Source of the DNA: Mycoplasmatota bacterium
Lineage (GTDB): Bacteria; Bacillota_I; Bacilli_A; MAG-NZ
Reading direction: 5' to 3'
Length of the DNA stretch: 64,000 bases
NCBI GenBank assembly: GCA_018394315.1
Contig: CP074575.1
Coordinates: forward strand, 248,001 to 312,000
Under the pieces are notes generated by a model. It saw only the letters and a list, made by a program, of their open reading frames with translations. It ran no database searches and was not told where the DNA came from. Below are positions 1 to 10,618 of this stretch, one piece after another. A program made the position numbers and the translations under genes. Each line of letters starts with the position of its first letter. Within the stretch, counting starts at the first letter, position 1.

Positions 1-756
1 GTCAATAATTAAATCCTGCATTTGATATAATCTAAGATCTTTTCCATATTTATAGTTAGAACATATTTGATAAAAATAGGAGAACTTTCTATTAGCATCA
101 ATATTGTACATCATGATGTCGTACGACTTTTCATTCTCTTTTTTTAGTACATATCCAGATGTTATTGCTGGAATGAATAATGCGAGTAAAATTAATAATA
201 TACTCCATGGATTATTTAAAAATGTAATGAGTGAATTTGCACTTGTAATATCTTTGCTTTGTAGTAATCCAAATAACAATGTTATACCAAATACTAAACT
301 TAGTACGGATGAAAGAATCCCACTAAGTACATACTCACAATAAACTTTAATACCACCATTACCTGCACAACCCTCTTCAGCCATTTGAATTAACTTCATT
401 GTAGAATTATCCTCCAAAGTAGCATAGTCTATTTCAAATGATTTAAGGGCTATTTTATTGTCTAAATTGTAATTAAGTTCAACAGTATAGGTTTTATTTA
501 AGTAATTGAGATAGTTTCTAATTATACTTATAATTAAATTTAATCCTATCATCCAATAAACATAAAACATTAATTCGATTCTAGGAATATTATTTACTAT
601 TCCATCAATTAGTAAATAAGTAAAGAAGATTGATACATATGGGAAAACAGCAGTAAAAAATGATTGTAAAATGAATACATAGAAATACCCTTTTGATAAT
701 TTGAATGCCACTTTAAGTACATTTATTGTTTTACTAAAATTCCCCTTAACTTTCAT
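1..756 (-). CDS. ABC transporter permease/ATP-binding protein, N-terminal part (runs off the window edge)
   Basis: Hand-translated from ATG at 756, overlapping the upstream stop: MKVKGNFSKTINVLKVAFKLSKGYFYVFILQSFFTAVFPYVSIFF. Hydrophobic segments and a later YGKDLRLY motif resemble the 8765-10618 protein. Confidence 0.85.
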   Translation of the reverse strand, partial: MKVKGNFSKTINVLKVAFKLSKGYFYVFILQSFFTAVFPYVSIFFTYLLIDGIVNNIPRIELMFYVYWMIGLNLIISIIRNYLNYLNKTYTVELNYNLDNKIALKSFEIDYATLEDNSTMKLIQMAEEGCAGNGGIKVYCEYVLSGILSSVLSLVFGITLLFGLLQSKDITSANSLITFLNNPWSILLILLALFIPAITSGYVLKKENEKSYDIMMYNIDANRKFSYFYQICSNYKYGKDLRLYQMQDLIID

Positions 757-2551
757 TTTCTTCACCCTCCATATAATACTGAGCTTGAATATCGAATACT
801 TCACGATATAGCTTGTTAAGTTTCATAAGCTCCTTATGAGTTCCTTCTTCAACTATCTTTCCGTCATCTAAGAAGATAATACGATCACAGAACTTAGTTG
901 ATGCTAATCTATGAGATATGAAGATTGAAGTACTATCTTCTGTATACTCCTCATATTTCAGATACATTTTCTCCTCAGAGATAGGATCTAAGGAAGCTGT
1001 TGGTTCATCTAGAACTAATAACGAAGTACCTTTATATAAAGATCTTGCCAACATTAGTTTTTGTATTTCCCCACCACTCAGTCTAATTCCCGATTCATCA
1101 AATGTTTGTGTTATATATGTCTTTTCCTTGTTTTCTAGGGACATTACTTTATCTTTCAACCCTGAATTTTCTAAAGCATAATCAAGTTTTGCTTTATCGA
1201 CATCACTATTCTTAACACATGATATATTATCTTCAATAGTTAATGATAAAGGTTCTGAATCCTGAAATACCACTGAGATTAAAGACATATAATCCTCGGT
1301 ACTGAATTCACTGACGTTAATCCCATTAAATTCAATACTTCCTTCATCAGGTTTATATAATCCACAAAGTAATTTTATAACAGTAGTTTTACCTGCACCG
1401 TTATTACCAACAAGTGCTAAATTTTCACCAGAAATGATTTTAAAGTTAAGGTTTTCAATTACTGGTTTTTTAGACTTAGGATAAGAGAAAGTTACATTCT
1501 TAAATTCTACAGTTATTGGTAGTTTAAGATCACTTACACTTAATCCTTGGTTATTACGTAACCTATCTTCAGTTTCAATACATTCTCTATACTTATCCAC
1601 AGAAATATTACAAGCTCTTAATTGATTTGATGCTTCTGTAAATCCATTAAGCCACAATGAAAACCCAGTAATTATTCCTGTTAAAAATGTAAATGTAGTT
1701 AAATCAATCCTATTATTTATAACTAATCCAATAACTATTCCATATCCAACTGCATCTCTGATAAATAAGAATAATGTATTAGAAAAATTAGCTGTTAAAA
1801 ATCTTTTCTCAATTTTACTAGTTACTCTTCTTCTATTCTTAGTAAGATTAACAAATAATTTATCAAACCAATTGCCAAGGTTATATAGTCTAATATCCTT
1901 ACCATAATTTGGATTAGTAGAATCTTTAGTTAAATAATATTGTTCAAGAAATTCATCATTTAGCTCGTTCTTCTTATTAGCTAAATATATATTAGCTCTT
2001 TTAGTTAATATAAAATTGATGATTGTCATTAATACTAATATCACAAGAACAACAGGTACATATAATGTAATTAATACACCATATATTATTAATCCAACTA
2101 TGTTAATTAAGATTAAAGGAGTTTGTTTTAATAACATTTCAATTCCGTAATAATTACTTTTTATAGCCTCAAAAGCTTTTGATATAATTTTTCTTTTGTC
2201 CATTGATTCTACATTAATATAGTCTGTCGTAATTTGATGTTTAGAAAGTCTATTCCAAAACGTCGAATTTCTTGTAAATGTATTCTCAAAGGAATATCTA
2301 AGAAATGACCAATACCTTAATGATTCCAAGATATAAGTTAAGACTGTAACTCCAATTATAATTAAGATATAAGCCTCAACATTGGTATTGTTTGTTAAAA
2401 TATATACAACTATAGTAGTTATCACGATAGCTAAAAATGGTACAAGCAATTCTGTTATAAAATTTATTAATAAAAACCACTTAATTCTAGGATAATTCTT
2501 AAAAGTTTCTTTATACACATAATGAATATTATTTAGTACTGTCTTACTCAT
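746..2551 (-). CDS. ABC exporter (TMD-NBD fusion)
   Basis: Walker A GNNGAGKTT, signature LSGGE, Walker B LVLDEPT and N-terminal TM helices. Start moved to MSKT behind a GGGGGA RBS. Confidence 0.93.
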   Translation of the reverse strand: MSKTVLNNIHYVYKETFKNYPRIKWFLLINFITELLVPFLAIVITTIVVYILTNNTNVEAYILIIIGVTVLTYILESLRYWSFLRYSFENTFTRNSTFWNRLSKHQITTDYINVESMDKRKIISKAFEAIKSNYYGIEMLLKQTPLILINIVGLIIYGVLITLYVPVVLVILVLMTIINFILTKRANIYLANKKNELNDEFLEQYYLTKDSTNPNYGKDIRLYNLGNWFDKLFVNLTKNRRRVTSKIEKRFLTANFSNTLFLFIRDAVGYGIVIGLVINNRIDLTTFTFLTGIITGFSLWLNGFTEASNQLRACNISVDKYRECIETEDRLRNNQGLSVSDLKLPITVEFKNVTFSYPKSKKPVIENLNFKIISGENLALVGNNGAGKTTVIKLLCGLYKPDEGSIEFNGINVSEFSTEDYMSLISVVFQDSEPLSLTIEDNISCVKNSDVDKAKLDYALENSGLKDKVMSLENKEKTYITQTFDESGIRLSGGEIQKLMLARSLYKGTSLLVLDEPTASLDPISEEKMYLKYEEYTEDSTSIFISHRLASTKFCDRIIFLDDGKIVEEGTHKELMKLNKLYREVFDIQAQYYMEGEENES

Positions 2552-2871
2552 GGTTCCCCCCATTCAAATTTATATGATTCAGTACTAATCATAACACAGT
2601 ACTTCGCATACCGCAATACCGTGTGTGATAAAAGAATATCAGCTAATTTAGAGTAGACGTTCTTTTAAAGTGAATAAGAATGTTATTTCTTAAAACAACT
2701 TGTCACTGAAATCATATTAACAAACATTATAATTATGGAAAAAATAACTCTAATAAACAATCCGTACGAGTACAATTATCCATTATAACTCCCACTAACT
2801 ATTAATCTCATTTTACTTCCGTGATTTTTACTTCACTTTTACACAAAATTTATTACACTACCAGCGAACAG

Positions 2872-2913
2872 GAAAAAACAGTTGATGAGATCAATCTCGT
2901 AAATCAACTGTTT
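2872..2913 (-). terminator. Rho-independent terminator-like hairpin
   Basis: AAACAGTTGAT...ATCAACTGTTT inverted repeat with a minus-strand T-run. Confidence 0.6.
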
Positions 2914-3068
2914 GTTGTTGCATAATATTTATCACGTAATTCGTCGTTAGTATCTCCTATATAGTCCATCATAATTAATGATAATTGATGTGGATCTACG
3001 TCTCGCGGCACCGTATAGTTATTTTCTTCTATACTTTTTAATAATTCAATTAATACTACTTTTTCCAT
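2904..3068 (-). pseudogene. Truncated DUF2785-like gene (N-terminal 54 codons)
   Basis: RBS GAAGGGTG, then MEKVVLIELLKSIEENNYTVPRDVDPHQLSLIMMDYIGDTNDELRDK. IGDTxxELRD resembles the DUF2785 N-terminus from memory. The frame stops inside a hairpin. Confidence 0.55.
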
Positions 3069-3583
3069 AGTATCACCCTTCCTTTTTTTTCTAATATAAA
3101 CTCATTGTTTCTGTTCCTTTTATGTGCTGAAAATACTAAATCACGTAGAATCGCCGCTACTTATGATCTTGTTGAATGTAATGCTAATTATTATAAATCA
3201 TTATTTAATTTGTAACATACAGTTAGATAAAAATTGATGTAAAAACCTTATCATACTTCCCAACAACCTTTTATTTTAGTATAGATTTACAACAAACTAT
3301 TACAAATTTATCACATTTTTTACACATTATAAGTATTATATAAAATAATAAATATAAAAAATGACTCGTCTAAGCCATTATTCTACTTATACAATATAAA
3401 GACAGGAGATACACTTGTAAATCATATACAACTTTTAGAAAAATGTTACTTTGCTTGTAGATAAAAACCATACAGAGTCTAAATAATGTTTAGGTATATT
3501 GAATAGAAACCAATGATGCTTTTACTAATAATATAGCATTTTCCAAATTATAAATACCTATTTTTAGTTGTTATTCGTAATAA

Positions 3584-3618
3584 TGGGGTGACTGAAGGTG
3601 CCTATAAGGCACTCTCGA
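3584..3618 (-). repeat. tRNA-His 3'-end repeat R1 (class B: 15-bp core plus GTGCCT-ATA-AGGCAC hairpin)
   Basis: TGGGGTGACTGAAGG is a 14/15 match to tRNA 21950-21964, followed by TGCCTATAAGGCACTCTCGA. Confidence 0.88.
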
Positions 3619-3692
3619 TTAAATCAATTGCTGCCCTTCAACATCTTCATTGGTTTGAATCCGACTGTCAGAGCTGTGACGGCACGCAAATT

Positions 3693-4121
3693 CTAATACA
3701 ATTTAACTTTTCCTTGAAAGGTATAAGAGGCAGAATTATTAATCAATTTGCTAATACCATACTTATGATAAGGCATTAGACTATCAGCTGTTGGAATATC
3801 TACCCATTTTACTATTGAAATTTCATTTGGATCTGATATTGAAATCTCTCCATCAACAATTTCAGCCCTAAAGGTCACAAATATTGCATGTTCTTTCTTT
3901 TTTTCAAAAAAACATTCATTTATAGCAACCACATCTATGATTTCAATATGGAAACCTGTTTCTTCATGCATTTCTCTAATAGCTGCTTGTTCTAATGTTT
4001 CCCCATCTTCAACTAACCCACCTGGCATAGACCAGTGGTTAGTATCTTTATTATGTACCATTAGTACTTGATTAGTTACTTTATTATATATCAAACAATA
4101 TACCACATTTACTTTTTTCAT
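3693..4121 (-). CDS. Nudix hydrolase
   Basis: Nudix box GGLVEDGETLEQAAIREMHEETG. Confidence 0.93.
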   Translation of the reverse strand: MKKVNVVYCLIYNKVTNQVLMVHNKDTNHWSMPGGLVEDGETLEQAAIREMHEETGFHIEIIDVVAINECFFEKKKEHAIFVTFRAEIVDGEISISDPNEISIVKWVDIPTADSLMPYHKYGISKLINNSASYTFQGKVKLY

Positions 4122-4203
4122 TTATAATCACCTCATTTTTTAGTATTACATTCATAAATCCATAATACCACAACATACTAAATTGATAAAAGCAAATTTC
4201 AAC

Positions 4204-4236
4204 AAAAAATGACTAGTTCTTCTGAACTAGTCATTT
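4204..4236 (-). terminator. Terminator hairpin resembling the one beside repeat R3
   Basis: AAATGACTAGTTC-TTCT-GAACTAGTCATTT perfect stem with an A-run. Confidence 0.7.
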
Positions 4237-4542
4237 GTCAAAATACATTGTCTTCTCTTTAACATTAAAGAATCGGTGTTTCAACTTTTCAATTCTAGAT
4301 ACTATCACTAGTTCTTTTTTATCTTTTATATATTCATTTACAAACTAGTAAGGATCTTCTACACTATTCCTCAAACCGATAAAACCAACTCCAATTGTAT
4401 TGGAAATCTTAGTATTACATTTAGTACAATAAGAATACTATTAAATAACTTAAACAGGGTCTTACAGACCCTATTTCTTCTTATATTACCTAATATCGGT
4501 TTTTAAGTTAATTAAATATAAATATTGTTGTTTACATCAACT

Positions 4543-5094
4543 CTATGGACGTTTTGACATAAGAGTCTTAGATTTACAAGGAATGCTAACAACATAATCG
4601 GATAAATTTACGTTTTCTTCTATCTTCATCTTCAATAATTTATACGTTACTAAAGCATCACTCAAAGGGTTGTGAGCATCGTGCTGTATATCATAATGAA
4701 TAGCTAATTTCCCTAATGCTACCTTCTCTTCCGAAAAAAAATTCATATTAGAGATGTCTAGAAAAGAACCTTCTACAATATCAAGATTTGCAAGCTTGAG
4801 TTGATCGTTTAGTGCCAGAAAATCTTCTTTTGAAAAACAGACAGGGATCACATCATCTTCTACAAAAAAGTCCCTTATCTCATCGAATAATTCCTTCACT
4901 CCAAAAACAATAGTCGCAATATTTCTAAATTCGTTAACTTTTCTTTTAGGAGCATTCCTGTTACTTACATCTATACTATCATCAATGATAATGTTTTGAC
5001 TAAGTATATTAAGATCACTATCAACATAAATGTATCCCAGCATGTAGATTTTCGTATTCTTAATTCGTTCCGTATCCCAAATGAAAAACCTCAT
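4543..5094 (-). CDS. DEDDh 3'-5' exonuclease family protein
   Basis: Start MRFFIWDTE (ExoI DxE) behind RBS GAGGGA. ExoIII motif HNPLSDA. Confidence 0.8.
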   Translation of the reverse strand: MRFFIWDTERIKNTKIYMLGYIYVDSDLNILSQNIIIDDSIDVSNRNAPKRKVNEFRNIATIVFGVKELFDEIRDFFVEDDVIPVCFSKEDFLALNDQLKLANLDIVEGSFLDISNMNFFSEEKVALGKLAIHYDIQHDAHNPLSDALVTYKLLKMKIEENVNLSDYVVSIPCKSKTLMSKRP

Positions 5095-5214
5095 ATATTC
5101 CCTCGCATAATTCTCTTTCAATTTTTTCTTCGAGCTCATCTATTATCTTGTTTTCAGCATTGCTAAGTTTGTTTGATATATTTGTGTCAGTAATCATAAC
5201 TTCTCCACTCCTAA

Positions 5215-5438
5215 TTAATGGCTTCCTCCATACTTTTTGTGCAATGCTACTAAATACTTCAAACTACTCGAATCATAGTTGTTGTGTCTCTCAGACATGT
5301 GACAATGACTTATGTTCTTGTACATGTTCAATACACATTTTTAACTTCTCTTTTAATGTATAACGCATAATAAAAGTTCCCTTCATCAGAGTAGGTAATT
5401 AATTATACCATTTCTCCAACTTTTTGGAAGCCATTTCA
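5215..5438 (-). mobile_element. IS3-family (IS150-like) left-end remnant with decayed orfA
   Basis: Minus strand starts TGAAATGGCTTCCAAAAAGTTGGA (IS3-type IR), then TATAAT, an RBS and MRYTLKEKLKMCIEHVQEHKSLSHV*. It continues frameshifted as NYDSSSLKYLVALHKKYGG, which is OrfA HTH-like. Confidence 0.72.
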
Positions 5439-5446
5439 AGTCATAA

Positions 5447-5475
5447 TGGGGCGACTGAAGGGAATCGAACCCTCG
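5447..5475 (-). repeat. tRNA-His 3'-end repeat R2 (class A, 29 bp identical, whole T-arm to CCA)
   Basis: TGGGGCGACTGAAGGGAATCGAACCCTCG is identical to 21950-21978. Confidence 0.95.
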
Positions 5476-5740
5476 TAAGTCAAACATACACTTATTTCAA
5501 TATATATTTTTTCAAAGAGCAATCGAAAATATTTGATGAATTATGATGTCATTATATGACATAATTGCTTAATCCCATTAATTCATCTACTACTATTATA
5601 AGATTTACACGGAATGATTCGTTCTGTTCAAAAAAATAATTTGCTTTTTCTCAATTTATTCTCTATTCTTGAAAACATAATATATTCAATAAAGGCAATA
5701 ATTAGGGATCCAACTCCTGTAATTGCTTAATCTAAATTTC
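5476..5740. repeat. Class-A flank, copy 1 (direct repeat of about 18547-18811)
   Basis: Near-identical over about 160 bp (e.g. CTATTATAAGATTTACACGGAATGATTCGTTCTGTTCAAAAAAA), then degenerate similarity. Confidence 0.88.
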
Positions 5741-6077
5741 TTCTTTAGTTAACCAATTATTCAATTATATCAACTAGATCTAAATGTACGGTGTTGTAGA
5801 CCGTATTAAAATGGGAAATAAAATCTTATATATCACTTACCTTATCTTGATAATCATCTAGTCATAAATTATTTTAATTTGCAATTATGTCCGAATCACC
5901 ATGCGCACATAAAATCCAATAAAGGAACAAGCGACCTACCTTTTTCTGTAATACTATACTCAACTTTAGGTGGTATAACCTTATAATCCTTCCTATGAAC
6001 TAAACCATCTCTAACAAACTCTTTTGTATAAAATATGAATGCTAGTCTTAAAAAAAAAGAAGAATTTCACATTCCTC

Positions 6078-6620
6078 TTAAATAAACCTGATTAGCTCAT
6101 CGACTTCCATACGACCAACTGGTCTTCCTGGCCCTTCTGGGTACCCATAAACAATCAAAGCAGCGACAGTTTCATTAACTGGTAAGTTAACTATCTCGGA
6201 AATCTCTTTATCTGCTATTACACCCATTATAACTGTACCAATTCCCTTTGTATGTGCTGCCAGGCAAAACTGATGTGCAGCAATACCAGCATCGAACACT
6301 TCCCATGAATTCGCCTTACTAGTACCATAATTTCCATCATCCAATTTTCCACTTAATCCATTTACATAACTCAAAACAACTACACCCTTCGCATTCTCTA
6401 GCGTTTTCGTATTATAAATAAATCCATTTACTGCTTCAGTTGCCAGTCTCTTAATAATTTCTTCATCATCAACAAATGTGTATCTAGCTATCTGATAGTT
6501 CTTCCATGAAGGTGCAAACTTTGCAATTTCTACAATTTCTCTTAACAATTCTCGATCAACTTTTTGATCCTTATATTTTCTAATACTTCTTCTTTCTAAT
6601 AACAACTCTTTGGCTTCCAT
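6078..6620 (-). CDS. Nitroreductase family protein
   Basis: RRSIRKY, APSWKNYQ and C-terminal GYP motifs. Confidence 0.92.
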   Translation of the reverse strand: MEAKELLLERRSIRKYKDQKVDRELLREIVEIAKFAPSWKNYQIARYTFVDDEEIIKRLATEAVNGFIYNTKTLENAKGVVVLSYVNGLSGKLDDGNYGTSKANSWEVFDAGIAAHQFCLAAHTKGIGTVIMGVIADKEISEIVNLPVNETVAALIVYGYPEGPGRPVGRMEVDELIRFI

Positions 6621-6796
6621 AAATATCTCCTTTATATTACATGATTAATAAAAGAATAACACTCCTTTACATTACATGCAATATTGTTTTTTCTTTATTA
6701 TGCGAGAGGAGTTCAATATAAAAATTACTAGATTTCGAAAGGACAATAACATCATCTAAAGTTTTAAAAAGGAATGAAATCAATAAAAATAGTTTA

Positions 6797-7726
6797 TTAA
6801 AAATCACATACGTTATCCAAACATTGATTACGCCATCTCAATAACCAGTCAAGTTGATTATCTATGAAATCATCGTTAATACAATCTAGACCATTGATCT
6901 CTAAGATAGTAGCTTGTAATTGAAAGTGATATAGTGCAATTAAATAGTAAAATGATTTTATTTCACTTGGAGTCAGTTCACAGTGCTTTAAATATCCTTT
7001 TAAAAAAATTTCATATGCATCCTGTGACTTGAAAAATCCTGACTCATCAAACTCAAAATAGTCAGTCCGATTACAAACCATCATAATATCATACATAGGA
7101 AAAGCAAAACTTGAAGTATCAAAATCAAGAATATAGTACGTATCATTCTTATCCCTTAATAAATTACCTAAGTATAAGTCACCATGACAAAAACCTCTAG
7201 GTAAATTCTTAACACTCTCCCATAAATAATTACCATACTCTATAAACGTGCTTAGTTTACTCTCTTCATAACATTTTTGTTTCAATTGACATATATATCG
7301 TTCGATAAAATAGTTTTTATCTTGTTCTATCAATTCATTGGGATATTCTTTCATTATTTTGTGCAACTTGCCAACTAGTTCCCCAATTTTTGAATAATCT
7401 TCAACTCTATCAACTTTAGCAACTTCATCTCCATCTATATAATAAAATAGCACACCAATTTTTCCGACTTCAGTTTTAAAGAAACTTTGATTTGACTTAG
7501 TTTTGACGACTTTAGGAGAAAGAAACTCATTTTCTTCCAAGAAATTTAAAACACTTAATGACTGTTTAATTGTTTTCGAAAATGAATCTGGTACAAGTTT
7601 AAATAAATACCTCTCTCCTCTACTAACTGCAATAAAGGACTTCGATCCCCCTTCTCTATTATTTTCTAGTAATGTTATGTCTATTCCGTAATTAATTCTT
7701 AGTAAATCAATGAGATTTTCATTCAT
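6797..7726 (-). CDS. Aminoglycoside phosphotransferase / homoserine kinase type II-like kinase
   Basis: Brenner motif HGDLYLGN and DFD. Confidence 0.88.
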   Translation of the reverse strand: MNENLIDLLRINYGIDITLLENNREGGSKSFIAVSRGERYLFKLVPDSFSKTIKQSLSVLNFLEENEFLSPKVVKTKSNQSFFKTEVGKIGVLFYYIDGDEVAKVDRVEDYSKIGELVGKLHKIMKEYPNELIEQDKNYFIERYICQLKQKCYEESKLSTFIEYGNYLWESVKNLPRGFCHGDLYLGNLLRDKNDTYYILDFDTSSFAFPMYDIMMVCNRTDYFEFDESGFFKSQDAYEIFLKGYLKHCELTPSEIKSFYYLIALYHFQLQATILEINGLDCINDDFIDNQLDWLLRWRNQCLDNVCDF

Positions 7727-7821
7727 TGCGCTAATCCTCCTAACAAATAGAACTTAATTCTTATCTCTTCAAGATAGGTATAGTAAATAAGTCCATTACC
7801 ACTTAATCTTTGTTGTGATAA

Positions 7822-8238
7822 TTAATGATTGTTTTCATTAATACTCAAATTTCTATAAATCAAATCATCTCTTTTATCAAAACCAAGTGATTGCCAAAAT
7901 TTATTTCCTAAATCATTAGAATTAAATACAAGAAGTGCAATCTTATTTATTCCTTCTTTCTTTAAAGCTTCAAGCACAGTATTAACCATTTTTTTCCCAA
8001 TTCCTTCCCCACGATATTGAGAATCAACTGCCGTATGATAAACGTATCCTCTTCTTCCATCATGTCCACATAATATTACACCGACAATATCATTTTCGAC
8101 TTGTGCAATATAATTTGTGGTGGGGTTTCTTTTTAAGAATTTTTCTATTCCCTCATATGAATCATCTAAATTACGCATACCCATACCTTTTGTATCTGTC
8201 CATAATTGATATACTTTGTCATAATCCCCAATTGTCAT
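7822..8238 (-). CDS. GNAT acetyltransferase
   Basis: GHDGRRGYVYHTAV and the acetyl-CoA motif YRGEGIG. The true start may be ATA at 8253. Confidence 0.9.
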   Translation of the reverse strand: MTIGDYDKVYQLWTDTKGMGMRNLDDSYEGIEKFLKRNPTTNYIAQVENDIVGVILCGHDGRRGYVYHTAVDSQYRGEGIGKKMVNTVLEALKKEGINKIALLVFNSNDLGNKFWQSLGFDKRDDLIYRNLSINENNH

Positions 8239-8610
8239 TAATTTAATTTCTATGTTAGCCGCCTCCTAAACCCATATATTCATCTTACTCCTGATTTTCC
8301 CTTATTCATTTTCCTTACTATCCATTAGTTCTTTTATAATCAACTTTATATTTCTAAAACATCAATATTTTTTCAGTATAAAAAACTTAGTTAGAGTAAA
8401 ACCGCTATTACCTTCATAATATCATATAGTCTCATAGCATACAATTAGCTATGCTATAAGAAAAAAAAGCGAAAGTTAATCGATTACTTATATCCATTTT
8501 GGGAATATGAGAACCAGTTATTTTCACGAAAAAGCATGAGCAACTAAATCTATAGAGAGATACATAAAAAAAATAACCAAGTTATTGTACTAGTCATTCG
8601 TATGTCATAA

Positions 8611-8642
8611 TGGGGCGACTGAAGGTAGCTATGAGGCACCGA
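8611..8642 (-). repeat. tRNA-His 3'-end repeat R3 (class B)
   Basis: TGGGGCGACTGAAGG is 15/15, followed by TAGCTATGAGGCACCGA. Trailer TCGTATGTCATAA and a degenerate terminator at 8566-8598. Confidence 0.9.
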
Positions 8643-8764
8643 TTAATGAAAGAGTAAGATGTTAGTAGACATGAAAAGAATGTGTTTTATAATCTATAAA
8701 AGGATTAATTTAGGTTTAGTATCCTGATTATGTTTACAAGAAGAATCGAGAAAAATCTCGATTC

Positions 8765-10618
8765 TTATGTATTATAGTGCTTTGCTTGAGCAGACCACAT
8801 ATTATAATATAAACCATCAGTACTTCTTAACAATTCATCATGGTTCCCTGACTGAATAATTTCGCCTTTGTCAAACACAATTATATTGTCGCAAAATCTA
8901 CAGGAAGACATTCTATGAGATATATATATTGCTGTTTTTCTTTCGACCAATGCGTCAAACTTCGTATATATTTCATATTCAGAAATTGGATCTAATGCTG
9001 AAGTTGGTTCATCAAGAATAACTAGAGGAGTGTCTTTATATAATGCTCTAGCTATAGCTATTTTTTGTGATTCTCCTCCTGAAACTTCTACCCCTTGTTC
9101 ACCAAAGTTTGAATAGAGATAAGAATCAATACCGTTTTCTAATTTTTCTATTCGTTCTTTCAATCCTGCTTGTTCTAAGTATTCTAGGACTTTTTCATCT
9201 TCTCCATCTTGCTCACACATCACGTTTTCTTTTATTGTTGACGAAAATAATTTAAAATCTTGGAAAACTACAGATATCAGGTCAATATATTCTTTATAAT
9301 CATATTTTCTAATATCAATTCCATTAAGTAAGATTTCTCCCTTTGTTGGATCGTATAACCTACACAATAATTTTATAAAAGTTGTCTTACCAGCTCCATT
9401 AGGTCCCACAATGGCTAATTTCTTGCCAGTTTCCATCTTCCACGAAACATTATTCAGAATTATTTCGTCATTATTAGGGTAATGAAATGAAACATTCTTA
9501 AATTCAAATTCATATTCACCATCATCACGTTTTTCGACTGGGAGTGTTCCTTTATACATGTTTGTATTTGTCTCCAAATATTCTTTGTAAAGAGCCAAAT
9601 ATCTTGTTTGCATTACTGCACCAGAGATATTAGACGCAAATTGTACGACAGCTGTATTAAACGCTGTTACCGCACTCACAAGTAAGAGTACATTACCTAC
9701 AGAGATTATTCCTAGTAATGCTTTAATCCCTATAATTGTATAAGCTGTATATAATACTACATGATTCAACAATCCACCTCTTGCATTCATCCAGCCAGAT
9801 TTATTAAAAATATATCCGTAAGACTTTGAGGTTCTTACGCTATAATCTTTAATTTTACTAGAAAGCAATTTATCAATATGAAATAACCTTATATCTTTGC
9901 TTAATTTATAATCCATTGAAGAATTAAGTAAATATAAAAATAACCTATTTACATATATATTCTCTTCAAACACGGCATGGTGTAATTTGTTTACGTTATT
10001 AATTATTTTGAAATTTAATAACAAAGAAATAATTATTAATCCTATTAACCCCACTCCCAATAAAGGACTGTTAAATATTCTTGTAATTTTATCTGGATCA
10101 TTTAAATCTACACTAATAAATAAAGCTATAATCAAAGTGAATGAGTAGATAATAGATATAATATTTTCAATGGCTTCACCTAATATATTTATAAAGGTTC
10201 CAATTCCACCTGTAAATAGTACTCCTTGATTAGCACTAGAAATTTTATCTTTTATTTCTTTTGACTCTAATTGTTCAAAATCTAAGTTAAGAGTCTTTTT
10301 TGAAATCTCACTATTTAAACGTAGACCTATCAGATTAGTCTTTTGTTCACAGAAGAAAGTCAACATGGTTCTAGAGATTAAGAGTATCCCACTGATAATA
10401 ATCATTTGATATACATAGGCCATGATAGACGTTTTATCTAGAGCATCAATAAACCCATCAAGAATTAACGCACTATAGATTATTGCTACAAATGGTAGTG
10501 AAGCCGTAACTAAAGATTTAATAATCATGAGAGGAAAAAATAGTCTATCTGATTTGTTTGATATTTTTATTACATCAATAATTTCTTTTAATAGTTTACG
10601 TTTAGATTTCATCTTCAT
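8765..10618 (-). CDS. ABC exporter (TMD-NBD fusion)
   Basis: GPNGAGKTT, VSGGE and ILDEPT. Start MKMKSK behind GAGGA. Terminator AAGAATCGAGA/TCTCGATTCTT at about 8741-8766. Confidence 0.93.
   Translation of the reverse strand: MKMKSKRKLLKEIIDVIKISNKSDRLFFPLMIIKSLVTASLPFVAIIYSALILDGFIDALDKTSIMAYVYQMIIISGILLISRTMLTFFCEQKTNLIGLRLNSEISKKTLNLDFEQLESKEIKDKISSANQGVLFTGGIGTFINILGEAIENIISIIYSFTLIIALFISVDLNDPDKITRIFNSPLLGVGLIGLIIISLLLNFKIINNVNKLHHAVFEENIYVNRLFLYLLNSSMDYKLSKDIRLFHIDKLLSSKIKDYSVRTSKSYGYIFNKSGWMNARGGLLNHVVLYTAYTIIGIKALLGIISVGNVLLLVSAVTAFNTAVVQFASNISGAVMQTRYLALYKEYLETNTNMYKGTLPVEKRDDGEYEFEFKNVSFHYPNNDEIILNNVSWKMETGKKLAIVGPNGAGKTTFIKLLCRLYDPTKGEILLNGIDIRKYDYKEYIDLISVVFQDFKLFSSTIKENVMCEQDGEDEKVLEYLEQAGLKERIEKLENGIDSYLYSNFGEQGVEVSGGESQKIAIARALYKDTPLVILDEPTSALDPISEYEIYTKFDALVERKTAIYISHRMSSCRFCDNIIVFDKGEIIQSGNHDELLRSTDGLYYNMWSAQAKHYNT

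Noticed and set aside
4260..4440. Decayed minus-strand frame YCTKCN...GVGF
   Set aside because: Has an internal stop, no clear start and no recognisable family.
5060..5197. 45-aa minus-strand ORF with RBS upstream of the exonuclease
   Set aside because: No recognisable motif, and it abuts an IS relic.
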